DNA from: the human T2T-CHM13v2.0 reference genome, Homo sapiens
Assembly: GCF_009914755.1 (NCBI RefSeq)
Contig: NC_060939.1
Direction: 5' to 3' (one strand)
DNA length: 64,000 nucleotides
In this document: piece by piece, positions 16,085 through 32,203 of the stretch
How positions within the stretch are numbered: the stretch's first letter is position 1
Layout: the number at the start of each line of letters is the position of its first letter
Notes under the pieces: generated by a model
The model's input: only the letters and a program-made list of their open reading frames with translations
What the model was told of the DNA's origin: nothing
The model's database searches: none
Translations under genes and position numbers: made by a program

Positions 16085-16975
16085 AAGATTCTTGCTAGCA
16101 AGGAAAAATAGCCCACTCAAGCCAGCTTCATTAAAAAAGGAGTGTTTGCTTTAAGTATGTGTCCTAAAATGCGAAGGAGGGTATGTCAGTTAGCTTTTGC
16201 TGTGTAACAATTTTTTTCGAAATATAGTGGCTTAAGACTACCACCACTTGGACTGGGTTCAGCTTGACAGTAATTCTGTCTATTTTGTCTGGACTCATTA
16301 AGACATCTGATCTCAGCTGCTGGTCAAGTTGGCACTTCTGCTTCTGGATTGGCTGGCTGTCAGCCGACATGATAGGAGGCCTTGGGCCACATGTTTATCA
16401 TCCTCCAGGCTAGTCCAGGCTTGTCCAAATGGAGATCTCCAGCTTCCAAGAGCAGGTGGAGGGCAAGCTCCAATGTACAAGTGCTTTTCAAGTTTCTGTT
16501 TATATCTCATATGCCTCTACCCAAATTGAGCAAAGCAAGTTTTATCCCAGATTTAATGAGTGGAGAAACAGATTTCATCTTTTGATGGGTGGAACTGCAA
16601 AGTCACATTGCAAGGGAACGGAAACAGAGAGGGGAAGAATTTGTGGTCATTTTGCAGTCTAATATAATGGAGCTGGGTTTCAGGAATGCACAGAAACCTA
16701 AGTGTCGTTAAGACTGCCTCTCTCACTTGTCTTGCTCTCTGTTTTGCTTGTCTGTTTCATTCTTCTTAATCTTCAGACCAGCTTCCTCTACTTCTCTGGT
16801 CTCCATTTTAGAAAATATGGCTGCTGACAGCTTCTATGATCATATGAGATAGACATAGATCGCTTAAAACTGACTCTTTCCCCATTGGGAAGATTTTTCT
16901 GAAGAAGGAACTCTAGAAGGGGAATCTGGTTAGTGTCTTCAGCCAGGTACCCACTCCTGGATCTATGAATGGTGA
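16085..16975 (-). mobile_element. Nested MaLR LTRs: MLT1H/J-like (about 16183-16665) inside an older MLT1K/L-like LTR
   Basis: tgtcagttagcttttgctgtgtaac...ggaactgcaaagtcacattgcaaggg; flanks cccactcaagccagctt / aaaatatggctgctgacagc. Confidence 0.6.
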
Positions 16976-17297
16976 TAAAGCATTTTGTTGGGTGGATGGG
17001 AGATTGGGTGTGTGTGTGAATCTGGCAATTATGAGTTATATTGTTATAACCTTGTGGTATTAATAGTTGGAGGTAGAGTGCTAAGAAGGAGGAAAAAGAG
17101 TTCAGTGTCCCCAGAAAAGTGTAGAGATGGGAAGAGGGTGGCTAGACATCTCACATGGGTCCATTACGATGAGTTTTATAACTACTGTATTAATTTCAGG
17201 GGATTGAGAGTAGTGGCTGGGACCTGGGAGGAACGAGATGATGAACTAAAAACCAGTATGGAAGGGAGGTACTTGAGCCACGTAAAGGGGTAAAGGG

Positions 17298-17721
17298 TGT
17301 TAAAGAAAAAAATATTCAATGATATTTGTTAAAACATGGCAAAGCAGGCTTTCTTAAGGACCATTGTGATGAGATTTTGCAATGGGAGAGAGAAATTGGG
17401 CTCAACTCTGAATACAGCATGGCCAAATGGGAAGTTATAGCCAAGGAGCAGGGTAGGAGCCAGTGAATGGGAAATTAAACATCAGGAGTAATGAGGATTC
17501 CAGCTAACCTGACCTAAAAGGATTCTTGCTGAATGCAGGCCAAGGTGATCAGTCATTACCTGGAGGATGTTGGAAGATGAGGAACCTTATCAGATATCAA
17601 GGGTGATCAGATATTGAGGGTGGGGTGTTCTCACTAAACTGATTTAGCAAGGTGAACAGATGGGCCTAGTAGCTGGTTCAGGAGCATGACTGAAGTTTGG
17701 GCAAGCAAAGAATCGTTGTCA
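17298..17721 (-). mobile_element. MER31-type solo LTR (ERV1)
   Basis: TG...CA termini (tgttaaagaaaaa / cgttgtca), near-TSD aggg/aggt, recalled MER31 motifs. Confidence 0.75.
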
Positions 17722-18324
17722 AGGTCTTCTGTCTCCAGAGTCTCAGTCCAATGGGGAATACCAATCCCTTCAATAATGGCAGCAGTGTTTCTAGTAACAG
17801 ACTGGGAAATCTGTTTGGGTATGTCTTGGATGGTTTTATCACTTAAACCCTTTTTCTTCTACACATAATGCCATTTCTGTGATAACATGTTATTTCTGTT
17901 TTACTGGAATTTTCTAGTTCTTTATTTCCTCCTTTTCATGTTGGTCATATTATAGATGTTTTGATAGTTATTGGCATATTTTTCTTGAATAAATCAGAAA
18001 AATGGAAAGAAGTAAAATCCTTACTTCTTTCATATTTTTATCAAAGAAGGAAGTTGGAAAATATTGACTATAATGAATTTTCTAGATTTTTTTTCTGTAT
18101 CTCAGCACATAAACATATAAAGAAGAATGAGATAGGTTTTTCTGTTATAAAACTCTGAATGAAGCAAAAGAAAGTGATATTTCACTCTCCAAGATTTGCC
18201 AGTGTCATATAATGACTGCATAGTTCCAGGATTTTAATTTGGTACATATTCATTTATCAGGGGAAGATTTTTGTCTCTGAATATGGTGGGTTAGCAGGGA
18301 AATGGGGAGTTGACATTGTATATT

Positions 18325-18620
18325 CATTTGTTCATTCATTCATTTATTCAGCATTCATTTATCAACAAATAGTTTAGGTATTAGAGATACAAGGTGAACA
18401 GAATGACTCCTCCCCTCATGGAGCTTAGACTAATGGAGGAAGACTAATATTAAACAAACATACACAAATATCTGTACACAGATTGTGATAAATGTTATGA
18501 AGGAAACAGATTATGAGAGAGAACAGGGAGAACCCAATTTAAATGGGGAAGAGTAGTTTTGGGAAAGGCTTTGTGGTGTCAGTTGAGATGTAAAAGCTGA
18601 GTTGCAGGTACAAGCCAAAA
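18325..18620 (-). mobile_element. L2 relic
   Basis: (ttca)n tail, aacaaat...cctcatggagcttagac. Confidence 0.65.
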
Positions 18621-21600
18621 ATTACTCATTTTTTAAAGTCACTATGTCATATGTCAATGTAAAATGCAGAGTGTTCTAGATTGCTTTGCAGAGCTAAAAC
18701 TTCAGCTATAGAAATTAGTAATATATCCACTGAAAGATGTGGATAGAAAGAATCATGAAGTAAGAGAGAAAGTGAGCAGAGCTGCAGTCTGAGGCACAGG
18801 TGGTGTAATGTAAGGACAGTGGCTGATGTTGCAGGCTGCTGTTTGGTCCAGTAGCAGGGAGCCCATTATCCACCTTGCAAAGCAGCCAGCCAGGGTTCTA
18901 TCCTTACTGGTATACCTTAGAAATGATCAGAAATGATCATCTTCTTTTTCTCCCCTTCTTCTACTGTCTCTCTTTAGACAATGTTAGCATCTTTTGCTCC
19001 ATGGATTGGCAGTGTGTAAAATGGATTTATTTTCTAGCAAATTACCTTACCAATTGGGTACATCTCCTGGTCTAGGTTAGTTTTTGTTCCATTAGAAATT
19101 ACTTCCCTCTCCTTTGAGCCCTTCTACCAATAGTGTGCTAAACTAAATGACATTTTTATATTTACATCCAAGATAGTGATTATGCAACATCATCTGCAAT
19201 ATTGTTTCTATTTTTATCTAAGTTTTGTTAAGCATTGTATTTATAACATTTATAATTTGGGGGAGTGTCAGGAGTAACTATATGTAGGTACTTAAGGAAT
19301 GAAAATCTGGAGAAAGAGATTACAATCATTTATTTTTCAAAGGATAGGTTTTCTAGGTCAGCTTTTTGCCTTATGGATTAGAGTGTACTTGGGCTGTGAT
19401 TTGTAATTAGATTGTTCATGAAAGTTATTGGTTGTCAGCACTTCTTTTGGTTCTCCCATGGTGTGTAGCATAGAGCCGCAAATATATATTTAAAAAGTGC
19501 TGTACAAGAGATCAAATGAATCTGCCCCTGAGGTACTTCTTCCATAGGGTATATTGTGCAGTGCAAGGTCAGGGGCCTGGTAGATTGCATGGAGGGTGAA
19601 GGTGAGCTCTTGTGGTAGTCTCAACTCAGCATAGGCCTCATAAACATGGGGAGTAGAGTTGTGCCCAAGAACCCACATTTTGGAAGACAGGACAAAATGG
19701 AAATTCTCTACTGTTTCATGAAGTTTTCCTTTTACTTCCCTCTCCTATTTTGCAAAGAGCAAGGAATTTAACCCTTTTGTTTCAGCATTTCTACATACAT
19801 TTTCATCTTTTGTAGAACAGAATATTTATAAATTTTTAAAATTTGGAGGAGGACAAGGAAGTATAGTTTTTCCCTAGGAATTGAAGTTAAGACGCTGCTG
19901 TCTCTGAACCCCAGAACTCAGGGGCCCTCTCCCTATGTGCATTTTTATTCCACTCACCTCCCAACTTGAGATATTAATAGGAGATCATTTTCTACCCTCT
20001 GTTACCATAGTGATCTCACTGCTTCACAAATTAGCCCTTTTCATTCTTGGACCACTCTAATCATTGGAAAGATTTTCCTTCTATTTAATCAAACTCTATC
20101 CTTTCTACCTATATATCCCCAATTGTCTCCTCCTTTTGATAGTAGAATCCTTTGAAGTTTGAAGGAACCGCTTGTGCGTCCTCTTATTCTTTCTCTAAGC
20201 CACACATCCACTGTTGTTTCAACTATTCCTTATGGAATATGGCTACTGGACCTCCTCACCATTCTTGCTCCCTCTTCTTAGAATGTACTCTTGTTTATCA
20301 TCGCTCCCCTAACGTAACTATTCCTCCCATCTGCTATGTCTCAGTTTTTTATTCTATTTGTACCAAGTGCCTATTTTCTTTATGTTTAAAGTGTCTAGGA
20401 ATTATACAATCCAAAATATTCAGTAAGGTTAATAAATTAGAAGTAGAAAACTAGGACAAAAGAAAAGAATAAAAACATACCAACTCTTAATTACTTAATG
20501 TAATTGTTTTGTTTAATCTTACTTACTAAGATTCCTGGAGGCCAAGGTGAAAGGGCAATAGTAAGTTATAGAGGTCTCATGATCAGAATAGAGGAATCAT
20601 TCCAGTTCTTCAGAAGAGGCAGTATTTTCCCTGGGGGTGCTAAATTCTGAAATGCATTTCTCACATGGATTCTTTAGAGCACATAAAATATAATGAAAAT
20701 CACCTCTGCAATGTCTGAAAACAAATGCAAGAGTGGTGTTCACATGACTCTTTCTTATAATGACCTTCAGTAGATGCTCTGAGCATAACATTTGAGCACA
20801 GTGCAGTAAAATCAATTTATTTCATGTAACAACTCTTGGAACACCCTCAGCATTTCCTGACCCTAAAGATGCTTCCCACTACATGTCAAAGTGTTTGCGA
20901 ATTAACTATTGTATACATAAAACCCTTTCCCCAAGGCAAATGTGTACACTGAGATATGTATTTGGTTGACTCGGATGATGATTCATAGAGGTTCTTTCTT
21001 TCTCTTTCGTTTGCATCTATATCTGTATGATCAGATCCATATTAGGAAAATTAGCAAGTATTCTCATAGTTATTATTATGCTAGGGAAAGAAATAGTAAC
21101 TAGTCATCGAATGCCCCTCTCTTCTTGTCATTCTCTAGGAGAGTCCAGATTGGTTTACCACTAGAAATCCTGCAGTTAGGACCTCAAGAGTGGGACAGGA
21201 CTGTTCTGCTCAAAACACAGTATAAGGAACCCTTCCTCCAGGGAATAGGAGGGTTCCTCTATCCATGGGAAGGAACATGCAATTCCAGGACACGCTTGCC
21301 AAACCACAGAGATTGTAAGCCTGCCGCCCATCCATTATTATCATTATTTAGCATTTTTAGAAGGTTAGAGCCAAAATAAGTATTCTGCCAGCCAAAGGAG
21401 TGACACCAGCCTTTACCACAGGCATTGGAGGCCCCGCTGGTATTTAGTAGCTGTGACTTGGGTCATATTATTGTCTGATTCCATCAGGCCGGCCAGGCTC
21501 CTGCCTCCTGTTGGCTTTCCCCAACAACTTTTTTTTAGGCAGTTTTTTCTCCCCTCTTCTCCTCTTCCCAGTAGTAGTTACTTTGGTATGTGTTTGCTGA

Positions 21601-21759
21601 CTATTCCCTCCAACTCCCACCCTGTGTTTTCTAAGAATTTAAACAATGAAAGGGATTCAGTCAATTGTGCTAGTGAGAGATAAGTATGCAGGGAAGGCTT
21701 TGGGGGCTCCTGAATTTTGGGATCCTGGTCTACTCCTGAAACCTTTCCCTGAGAGATAA

Positions 21760-21990
21760 AGTATAGTATTATGCTTAAAAGCATAGAACCAAGACTCTGA
21801 GCTCAAATTCTGGCTTTGCCACTTACTAGCTGAATGATCTTGGGCAGTTTATTTAACCTCTCTATGCTTCAGTTTCTTCATTATAAAATGGATTTGAAAC
21901 TCCCTCCCTCACGGATTTGAAACTAGATAGAACACAAAAAGTGCTTAGAACAGTGTCTGAGGCATTGTGTTAGCTGGCATTACAATTATT
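21760..21990 (+). mobile_element. MIR
   Basis: gccacttactagctgaatgatcttgggcagtttatttaacctctctatgcttcagtttc core. Confidence 0.8.
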
Positions 21991-22344
21991 GGGCTACAGA
22001 AATCATACCAAGCTATTAGCCCTATATTGAGATCACTCTGGGTTGCGAAACAATTAAGAACATTGGGATCTTTGGGAGGAAACTATTTGGGAATTGTGTT
22101 TGGAAATGGATAACGGCAAAGCCCTCCAAGCCTCAGGCCATCCAGCAACGTACACGTTTTTTAACTTGAAGAGAAAATGGAGGAACATTTTGATGAGTCA
22201 GAAATGTCTGCCTCCTAGAACTTATGGTCAACTTAATTGTTCATTCTAATGAAAAGGAGTTTCAGTTCAGATATGCATAAATTGTGCTCCATTGGCTCAC
22301 CAGGGCCCAATTTTGGGCACAGCCTGTTTCCTGAAGCAGAATGA

Positions 22345-22570
22345 CAAGGTAGCTTGGTGGACTTTTGAGCCAGGCCTTTCTGGCTTTGAATCTTATTTTA
22401 GGTCAGCTTATTGACCTTTTTGAGCCTCAATTTCCTTCTCTATGAAATAGAGAAGTTACAATTCTATAAAAAGTTATAATTCTTTTTCTGGGTTGTTTTG
22501 TAAATTAAATAAGATGTACAAAATACCCTGCACAGTGTCTAGCCCTAGAAGACATTTGGTATTTGTCAGC
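22345..22570 (+). mobile_element. MIR
   Basis: gagcctcaatttccttctctatgaaatag core. Confidence 0.65.
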
Positions 22571-22649
22571 TTTCTTCACTTTTTTGTTAATATTCTTTCC
22601 CAATTTGTTTAATTTATCAAGAAAGCCTTGTCATGTAGGAAATCATTTA

Positions 22650-22812
22650 AAGAGCTGTTTCAGATTTAATATGCATGCAGATCACCTGGGGATCTTGTTA
22701 AGTTGCAGATTCTGATTCAGTAGGTCTGGGATGGAGCATGAGATTGTGCACGTTTAACCAGTTCCCGGGTGACATCAATGCTGCGTGTGAAGACTGCACT
22801 TGGAGTAGCAGA
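22650..22812. mobile_element. MER5A-type hAT-Charlie MITE
   Basis: atcacctggggatcttgttaagttgcagattctgattcagtaggtctggg. Confidence 0.8.
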
Positions 22813-23434
22813 GTATACTGTACTCTTTTCTCCCTTTGCATCTCATTATTACCTTTTAGATTCATGTTAATATTTTAACAGTTTTACCACACACATTTGC
22901 ACATCCAGAGTCATCATCTGGAGAAATATCCAAGGTTGTACATTGTTAGGTACTAATAAGATTCCTCCTCATGCAGTACAGGCCGTGATGGTTGAGGTCT
23001 AGAAGAAACCTATCATAGACATTTCCCCAGGATTCCCATGGGCCTAGGATCCCAAAGTGTTTGAATAAAATACTTTGCTCCAGCCTGATTGTTGAAGGTC
23101 CCTTCTCAGAATCTGGGTCCCTCTGTGACTTGGATTGCAGATCAGTTAGGTTAAGGAAGTGGTCTTTGTCTTTCTCTTGTCGACAAGTCTGGAGGGAGCC
23201 ACTGGAAGACTGTGCTTCTGCCCTCACTGAGCACCTGAGATATTTTTAGAGCCCCATGTCCCAACTACTAGCTTTCTCCAGGTTCATTAGATCACGTTCT
23301 CTCCACTGTACACAGATAGAAGAGTGTACTGTTGTCCTTTTGTGATACACACTTTCTGAGCCCATTGAGCTTTTATAGGAACATACGAATATCCAGCCCT
23401 AAGAACTAAAAACAAGCTATGTGTGAAAAAAGCA

Positions 23435-23476
23435 TGAGTGCTTAATGCAAACTCTGAGTGCTTAATGCAAACTCTG
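23435..23476. repeat. Perfect 20-bp tandem duplication tgagtgcttaatgcaaactc
   Basis: 23435-23454 is identical to 23455-23474. Confidence 0.95.
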
Positions 23477-24114
23477 TGGTGTTTCTACATTTTTGCAGAT
23501 TTCTTAGATTGACTTTGGAGAAACCTCCTCACTGTTGTTGTTTTTTTCTAGTTTCTGCTTATTTTGATATTTAAACTCCTTCCTTTCTTTCCTGTATTAT
23601 TTACAGGAACTTTTCAGCCTGAACCATCAGGGTCATTTGCATCTGCTGTGCCCAGTTTGGGAATTGGCTGTCTTTGTCCTCAGGCAACTTTTCTTGAAGT
23701 AAAAAATGCGAAAGTTGCTAATTCCTTTGCATTACATCTCTTAAGTTAGAGATGTGAAGAAGAAATAATAGCCTCCTTCTTGAAAAAAAAATATTAGAAC
23801 AGGCTTTTTTTTTTTTCCCTTACAAAGTGTCTGTAAGTTAGAGCTTGTTCATCAGCCATGTTTCAAAACAAAGCAAGTCTGCTTCAGTCTCTTTTAGAGT
23901 TATCTTGGTGCCATTTCATGGAGAACTTCTCTGTCCTGGATGGGCTCTACCTAATATGTTTGCCAACTTGGGGAAGAATTTGAAAATAGCCCCAGGTAAT
24001 AACCTAGAAATTTTGAAAGTTAGGGTGGAGAAGGATTATAGAGGGAGAAAATAGAGAAAATATTTGAGGTAAAGTCAGAGGAGCCATTAATGTTTTTACT
24101 TTATCTAGATGAAA

Positions 24115-25595
24115 CAGTCAGGGTTGTAACAGAAAACAGATGGCACACTCAATGCTGAAGGACAGTTTATTTCACTAGGACTGTTTACAAAGATGTGGGT
24201 TTAGGGGACACCCAGGACTAGTTGTAGCTGTGCTGTTGCTGCCCTTGGGCCTGAAGGTACCCTCGACAGGGAGAGACATCACTTTACTCTCCCTCCCTTC
24301 CCCATTTCCTGCTAGAGTCCTCTGTTAGAAGAACCTGATGGGAAGCAGAGAGCACCGGAGCCTGTTGATGCACAATTATGCATTGCTTAACAATGGGGTA
24401 ATGGACTGAGAAATGTGCTGTTAGGTGATTTTGTCATTGTGTCAACATCATAGAGTGTACTAACACAAACCTAGATGGTGTAGCCTACTACACACCTAGT
24501 CTATATGGTACAGCCTATTGCTTCTAGGCTATAGAACCAGTACAGCATATTACTGTACTGAATACTATAGGCAGTTGTAACACAATGGTAAGTATTTGTG
24601 TAGCTAAACATAAAAAAGGTAAAGTAAAAATATGGTTTAAAAGAAAAAATCATACAGTTATATTGGGCATTTATTATGAATGGACCTTGCAGGACTGGCA
24701 GTTGCTCTGGGTGAGTCTGTGAGTGGTGAGTGAATGTGAAGGCGCAGGACATGACTGTACACTACTGTAGACTTTATCAACACTGTCCATGTAGGCTACA
24801 CTAAATTTATATAAAAATGTTTTCCTTCAGTAATAAACTAACCTTAGCTTGCTGTAACTTTCTTACTTTATAAACTTAAAATTAAAAAAAATTTTTGACT
24901 CTTGTAATAACACTTAGCTTGAAACACAAACACATTGTATAGCTGTACAAAGTGTTTCTTTATATCCTTATTCTGTGAGCTCTTTTCTATTTTTAAAATT
25001 TTTTAATTTTTTAACGTTTTAAACTTTTAGTTTTTTTGTTAAAAACTAAAACAGAGTCAGGATCATCAATATCACTGTGTTCCACCTCCACCTCTTGTCC
25101 TACTGGAAGGTCTTCAGGGGCAATAACATGGATGGAGCTGTCATCTCCTGTGATAACAGTGCCTTCTTCTGGCATACCTCCCGAAGACCTGTCTTGAGAC
25201 TGTTTTACAGTTAACTTTTTTTTTTAATAAGTAGAAGACATATGCTCTAAAATAATGATAAAAAGTATAATAAATATGTACACCAGTAGCATAGTCATTT
25301 ATTACCAAGTATTATGTACTGTGCATAATCATACATACTACACTTTTATATGACTGGCAGTGCAGTAGGTTTGTTTACATCAACATCACCACAAATGTAA
25401 TGTGATGTTACAACAGCTCTGAGCTATGGTGTCACTAGGTGATAGGAATTGTTCAGTTCCGTTTTACTCTTATGAGACCACTCCAAAATGCTTTTGTGCA
25501 GCACATGACTGTAGTTCATCCTGGGCAGCCTTCTGGGGCAGATAGCAGGATGAAGGCAAGTGGACAGATCTGGAGAGGCAAACAGAAGCTGTCAC
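24115..25595 (-). mobile_element. Old ERVL-type LTR split by the Tigger insertion
   Basis: aaacagatggcacactc...tttacaaagatgtggg before, and gatctggagaggcaaacagaag after, the Tigger. Confidence 0.5.
24373..25511. mobile_element. Tigger3b/MER7-type Tc1-mariner non-autonomous element
   Basis: Terminal inverted repeats caattatgc.../...gcacatgactg with (T/C)A target dinucleotides; about 1.14 kb. Confidence 0.85.
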
Positions 25596-27203
25596 TCCAG
25601 GTTTACATTTTCTTTTGGAAGACTTGTTCACCTAAAGACACTATCAATATTGTGAGCTCCTTGAGGGCAGACACTGGCCTATTCACTTATCTGTTAGGTC
25701 ACTATTTAAATGATTGTTGAATGAATGAATGGGTCTGTTTATTTCCTTCCTTTCTCTTGACTTGCACTTATGGCAGCCGACTATAACAGTATAATTTTGT
25801 CTTGGTTAGAGCCTTGTGTTCTGAATAGTTAGGCTTCCCATAGGCATGGTTAACTAACTCAGCGAAACATTCCTTCCAGTGTAATTCAGCTTTTAACAAT
25901 CTCATTATTAAAACTGCTAAACAAAAACAGGTCACTGTATTAATATCTTGAGTCTTTTGTATTATTATTATTGTTTTTTTGTGGATATCCAGGTTTAGCG
26001 AGGCATAACATTCATGAATCTTTCGCCCTTCTCAGTGCTAATCAGTTAGATTTAATTAGATTCTCTATTAAATTGAACCCTGTTATTTCATTTCTCCTCT
26101 TACCTGGAGTTCCACTGGCATGCAGATGGATAAACTTTAATTTAGGAAGCCCACAAGGCTTTTGTTTCCTACCCAGGCTGCTTCAAGAGAACCACACAAA
26201 GGGCTAAAGTAGCTTCATTAACTATCTTTAGTAGCTTTAAAAGAAGATCTGTAAATAATGTCAGGTGTCTCCTAACTGTCCAGAGGGCAGAAGTCTGAAT
26301 AGACACCAGCTTATTGGTTACACACTTTGGCAAAGTTTCCCATGCAGTCAAATTGTCTTCCCTAATGATTCTCAGTCATTAGGGTTTTGAAAGAAGGGAT
26401 AGAGAGCAAAATGTCACAAGTGACTAGTTTGGAAGTCCCTGGGTTTCTTGTGGTGCTCAAGTGTAAGAGCAAAAGAAAATACATGGTAGAGACGGGAGTG
26501 AACCCCTTCTTCATTAGAGCTTTGCTGATCTAGCTTGAGGGTTTTCAGGTTGTGTGTTTGTGTTTGTGGGGTACAGTGGAAAAGCCTTAGAATCACTTAG
26601 CCATCAGGTAGAAATATGCCTTTGTCCTTTGCTAAAGAGAATGGTGTTCCTGAATTCATTTTGATCTATCCATGAAGTTAGCTTCCAGTATGCTTCTTTT
26701 CTTTATGCTTTTGATAATGTTCTTTTGATAGCTACTCCTTATTCTCATGAAATCTATTGAGATTTTACATAATTTAAGTAGGTATGGAGTATTGATTCAG
26801 TGTCTTTGCAAGTCACTCTGTCTGATTATAATCCTTGGAGGACATTTTATGGTTCTATTTTCAGTGTCCCAAAGGACAGACAGAAAAAGCATGAATAGAC
26901 TCACTCACATGTCTCCCTCACATCATCCATAATGACAGCATTCTCTGCTTCCTTTTACAGTGTAGTGCTGTTAAGGCACCAGATCCCTTCATTAATGGTT
27001 CTCTGAGTTCAGGTCATGCTATCTCTGGCTTAGGCCATGGGCCTAGCTAATTTATTTATTAATTATTTATTATTTCTTTGATTTCTGTGGGCCTAATTTT
27101 TGTTTACCATCAGAAGAATGCAAGCTTTTTTCTTAATAGAATCTGAGGTTTTTTTTTTTTTTTTTGGTTTTTGTTTTTTTAACCTTTTGTTTCTAGTTTC
27201 TTT

Positions 27204-27684
<481 letters not shown>

Positions 27685-27732
27685 GTTTCTAGTTTCTTTA
27701 TATATCATAACCATTTAGGATTTGACCTTTCT

Positions 27733-28050
<318 letters not shown>

Positions 28051-28197
28051 TTATGGTACTGGGGTGAAGAGGTAGGGCCGCTGGGGAAACCAGCTGGTGG
28101 GCCTGCAGTTGAATATTTTACTACAGGCATGTTTTATTTTGTGAGTAGAGACTCCCTGCCCCTGTAAGTAGACCCAAATGCTTTAAATCGGGCATAG

Positions 28198-28548
<351 letters not shown>

Positions 28549-29001
28549 TTAATGTTGAATTGGCTGTTTTAGAGGAATCCAGATTCTTTAAATTCTCTTT
28601 CCCTGAACACTTAAAAAATGGTCTTGTATTCTATAGTAATTATAACTTGTCTTTACATTTGGCTTGGGACTTGGCTGCTTTTTTATGTAAATCAGATGAT
28701 TCCTTATTCATCATGTAAAGATAACACCAACTGTGTAGTACTTTAGAGCACTATAAGGTGCTTTTATTTGAAGTTTTAAACTTTAGTTTCTTGGATCATT
28801 ACAATAATCCTGTGGCTAGGGAGGTGGGTATTTTTCTCCTTATTATGGATAGGAGGTAATATATGGTGGTGGTTAAGATTATGGGTGCTGGAGTCAGATC
28901 ATTTGAGTTTGGATTATATCTTTAATAATTACTAGCCTAGTCTCAGCTAATAAACCCACTCAGTTTCCTAATCTGTAAGCCACAGAGACCTATTTTATAG
29001 G

Positions 29002-29378
29002 TGTATTAGTCCGTTATCACACTGCTGTGAAGAAATACTTGATACTGGGTAATTTTTAAAGGAAAGAGATGTAATTGACTTACAGTTCCACATTGCTGGG
29101 GCAGCCTCAGGAAACTTACAATCATGGCAGAAGGCAAAGGAGAAGCAGGTACTTTCTTCACAGGGCGGCAGGGCGGAGTGAGTGCAGGCAGGGGAAATGC
29201 CAGACACTTATAAAATCATCAGATCTCCCGAGACTCACTCACTATCATGAGAACAGCATGAGGGAAACCAACCCTGTGATCCAATTACCTCCACCTGGTC
29301 CTGCCCTTGACACGTAGGGATTATGGGGATTACAATTCAAGATGAGCTTTTGGGTGGGGACACAGCCAAACCATATCA
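29002..29378 (-). mobile_element. THE1C-like solo LTR inserted in a + strand MIR (about 28858-29470)
   Basis: tgtattagtcc...ccaaaccatatca termini, near-TSD atagg/gtagg; MIR halves on both sides. Confidence 0.88.
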
Positions 29379-30973
29379 GTAGGGTTGTGTGAGAAATAAA
29401 TAATTCAGGCAAAGCAATTAGAACACTACCTAGCACATAATAAGTGCTCAATAAACCTTAACTACTAAAACTATTAGCATTGTTAATAGAATATGAATAC
29501 ATGGAAAAAATAATTAATAAGCATAAATTTCTCAAACTTCTCAATGTTCTGGTTTTTTCCTCTTAAGAGGGAGGATACTTAAATTTTGGTGAATCTCATT
29601 TGTCTTTTCATATCCCTTTGAGGTAGTGAAAAATAGATTACATCATCTCCATTTTGCAGGGACTGGTTGAAGTCCAGTGAGAAAAGAATACAGGCTTTGG
29701 AGTCAGGTGAGGTTCAAATCCTGGCACTTCCACTTCTGGTTATATATCTCTAAACCTCATTTTTCTCATGTCTATAATGGGGATAAGCAGAACTTTGTTT
29801 GGAGGTTTGAAGGAGATAATGCTTACAAAAGAAATAATGCAAGGTACTTAGTATACTTACCACATACTGTGACTCAGTAAATGTGGCTGTTATTGCTGTT
29901 GAGGGGAGGGGACTTTTTACACTGGCCCAGGGTCACAGTTAGTTGGGCACCCAGGTTCCATCATCTCTTACATAATGATGAATGTACTGCTTCATCTGGG
30001 TATGTTGTTTCTCTACATTTTAAATCCAAGTGTTTTGATCTTTTGGTTACTAATTTATTTTTAATGTACATATTATGGACACTGGCTCTGTGTGTCAGCA
30101 GACTATGAACAATGCCTATTGCATCAAAATCCTAAGTTTACCTCATGTCACAAGACAAAAGTTAATGTTAGTGAATCCACATGACCAACAAGGAATATGA
30201 CACTTGCAGAATCTGTCAGATGGTGTTTGGGCAGCTATTCTCAGAAATTGAAAGCAGCAGGTGTTTATTAATATTTACTATGTGTTCGGCATTATGTGAA
30301 GTAGGGGACACAAAAGAAACACCATACTTTATTCATCTCTCACAAGAAACAGATGTGATAGAAACATGAAACAATTAACAATTAAGGAGCAATAATAACA
30401 CTGTGATTCACAGACATGTAGATAAAAAGACAAGTAGAGCCACACTTAAAGCATATTCAATACATGATAATAGAGTTATTAACAGGGAGTGCTGAGGAGG
30501 AGTTATGTGGTATGTATGCATATGGGTGGTGGTGCAGGTTCCACGGCAAGGTGCTGCTTGAATTGTTGACTAGTTGGGAATGCGGTGGGGAGTATTGAGT
30601 GAAGAGAATGGAAAATCATATTTGTAAAGACAATGAGATGTGAAAGAGCCTGCGGTAGTAAAGAACAGCATTTGTTTAGTATCCCTCATGGCTGGAGCTT
30701 AGGATTTACAGGAGGAGTGGTGGGAGAGCAGGCTGGAGAAGTGCACTAGGGTTAAGTCATTAAAGACCTTGTGTACCATGCTGTAGAGTATGAGCATTAA
30801 GGTGTTGGCAACCAAGCAGGCAAGAGATGATTATATCAGTTTTTCAGAATAATTATTCTAGAAACATCATATAGTAAAACAGAAATAAGGGCCCGAATAA
30901 AGTCTTACAATAAATTAAACTGAATAGATGAATGAATGAATAGTAGTGTGAGTATTAGACGATACTAACTTAA

Positions 30974-31351
<378 letters not shown>

Positions 31352-32203
31352 ATGAAGAAAGATTTGAGTGGTCAGCCCAGGGATTTATCTATAGTAGCTA
31401 GCCAATAAACTGGATATTGGACAAAAGTACAATTTATACAGGACAGAAGACAGGAAGTAATACCAAGTTGCATAAACATGTGTGAAGTGGTCAAAGAGAC
31501 AAATCTAACTGGATAAGAATGGTAAATGATACAATTTCGTATGCATAATGGTCCCAGATTTTGGAAGCCTTCGAAATGCCTGGTTGAGGCGTTTAGATTT
31601 ATTTCTTAATCAATAGGAAGCCATTAAAGATTCTTAAACAGATATTTCAAGATTTTCAGTTTGGGTTAGAACATCTTGGTTGGAGGAAGATGAGCCTGAT
31701 GAGATGACACCAGTTCTGATTCTTACATTTAATGGAAATGCCAGAGAGACTTCATTACTTTTGGACAGGAAAATAAAGTTTAATGACCCCACTTTGGTTA
31801 TGGGTAGACTGTGGAATAGTAGTTCACTGTTGGGAGACAAAGGAAGCTGAGGCAAAAATGAATGATTGCCCATATGAGATTTTCAGTGATACCAGTCTAG
31901 GGAAGGATAGAGTAAATAGAAAGATGGTAGAAACTGCTTGCTCTGTGGAGACTTTTAGGGATGGCAAAAACATAGTGTGCACGGTCAATATCTTATTCCA
32001 TACCCATAGCAGACATTGTTAATTGATTTTGGTATATTTTCCTATAGTCTGGAGCCCTTTTTAATGCAGTGCTCCAGGCAGGCTACTATTAGTTGATCAG
32101 AGTTGGTGCTGGAATTCAAACCTGTTTGTCATGCCTGTAGTAAGAAATGAATGAGAAATGGGTTATGACTACTCACAGTACAAATCAGTTTTTACCTTTC
32201 CAG

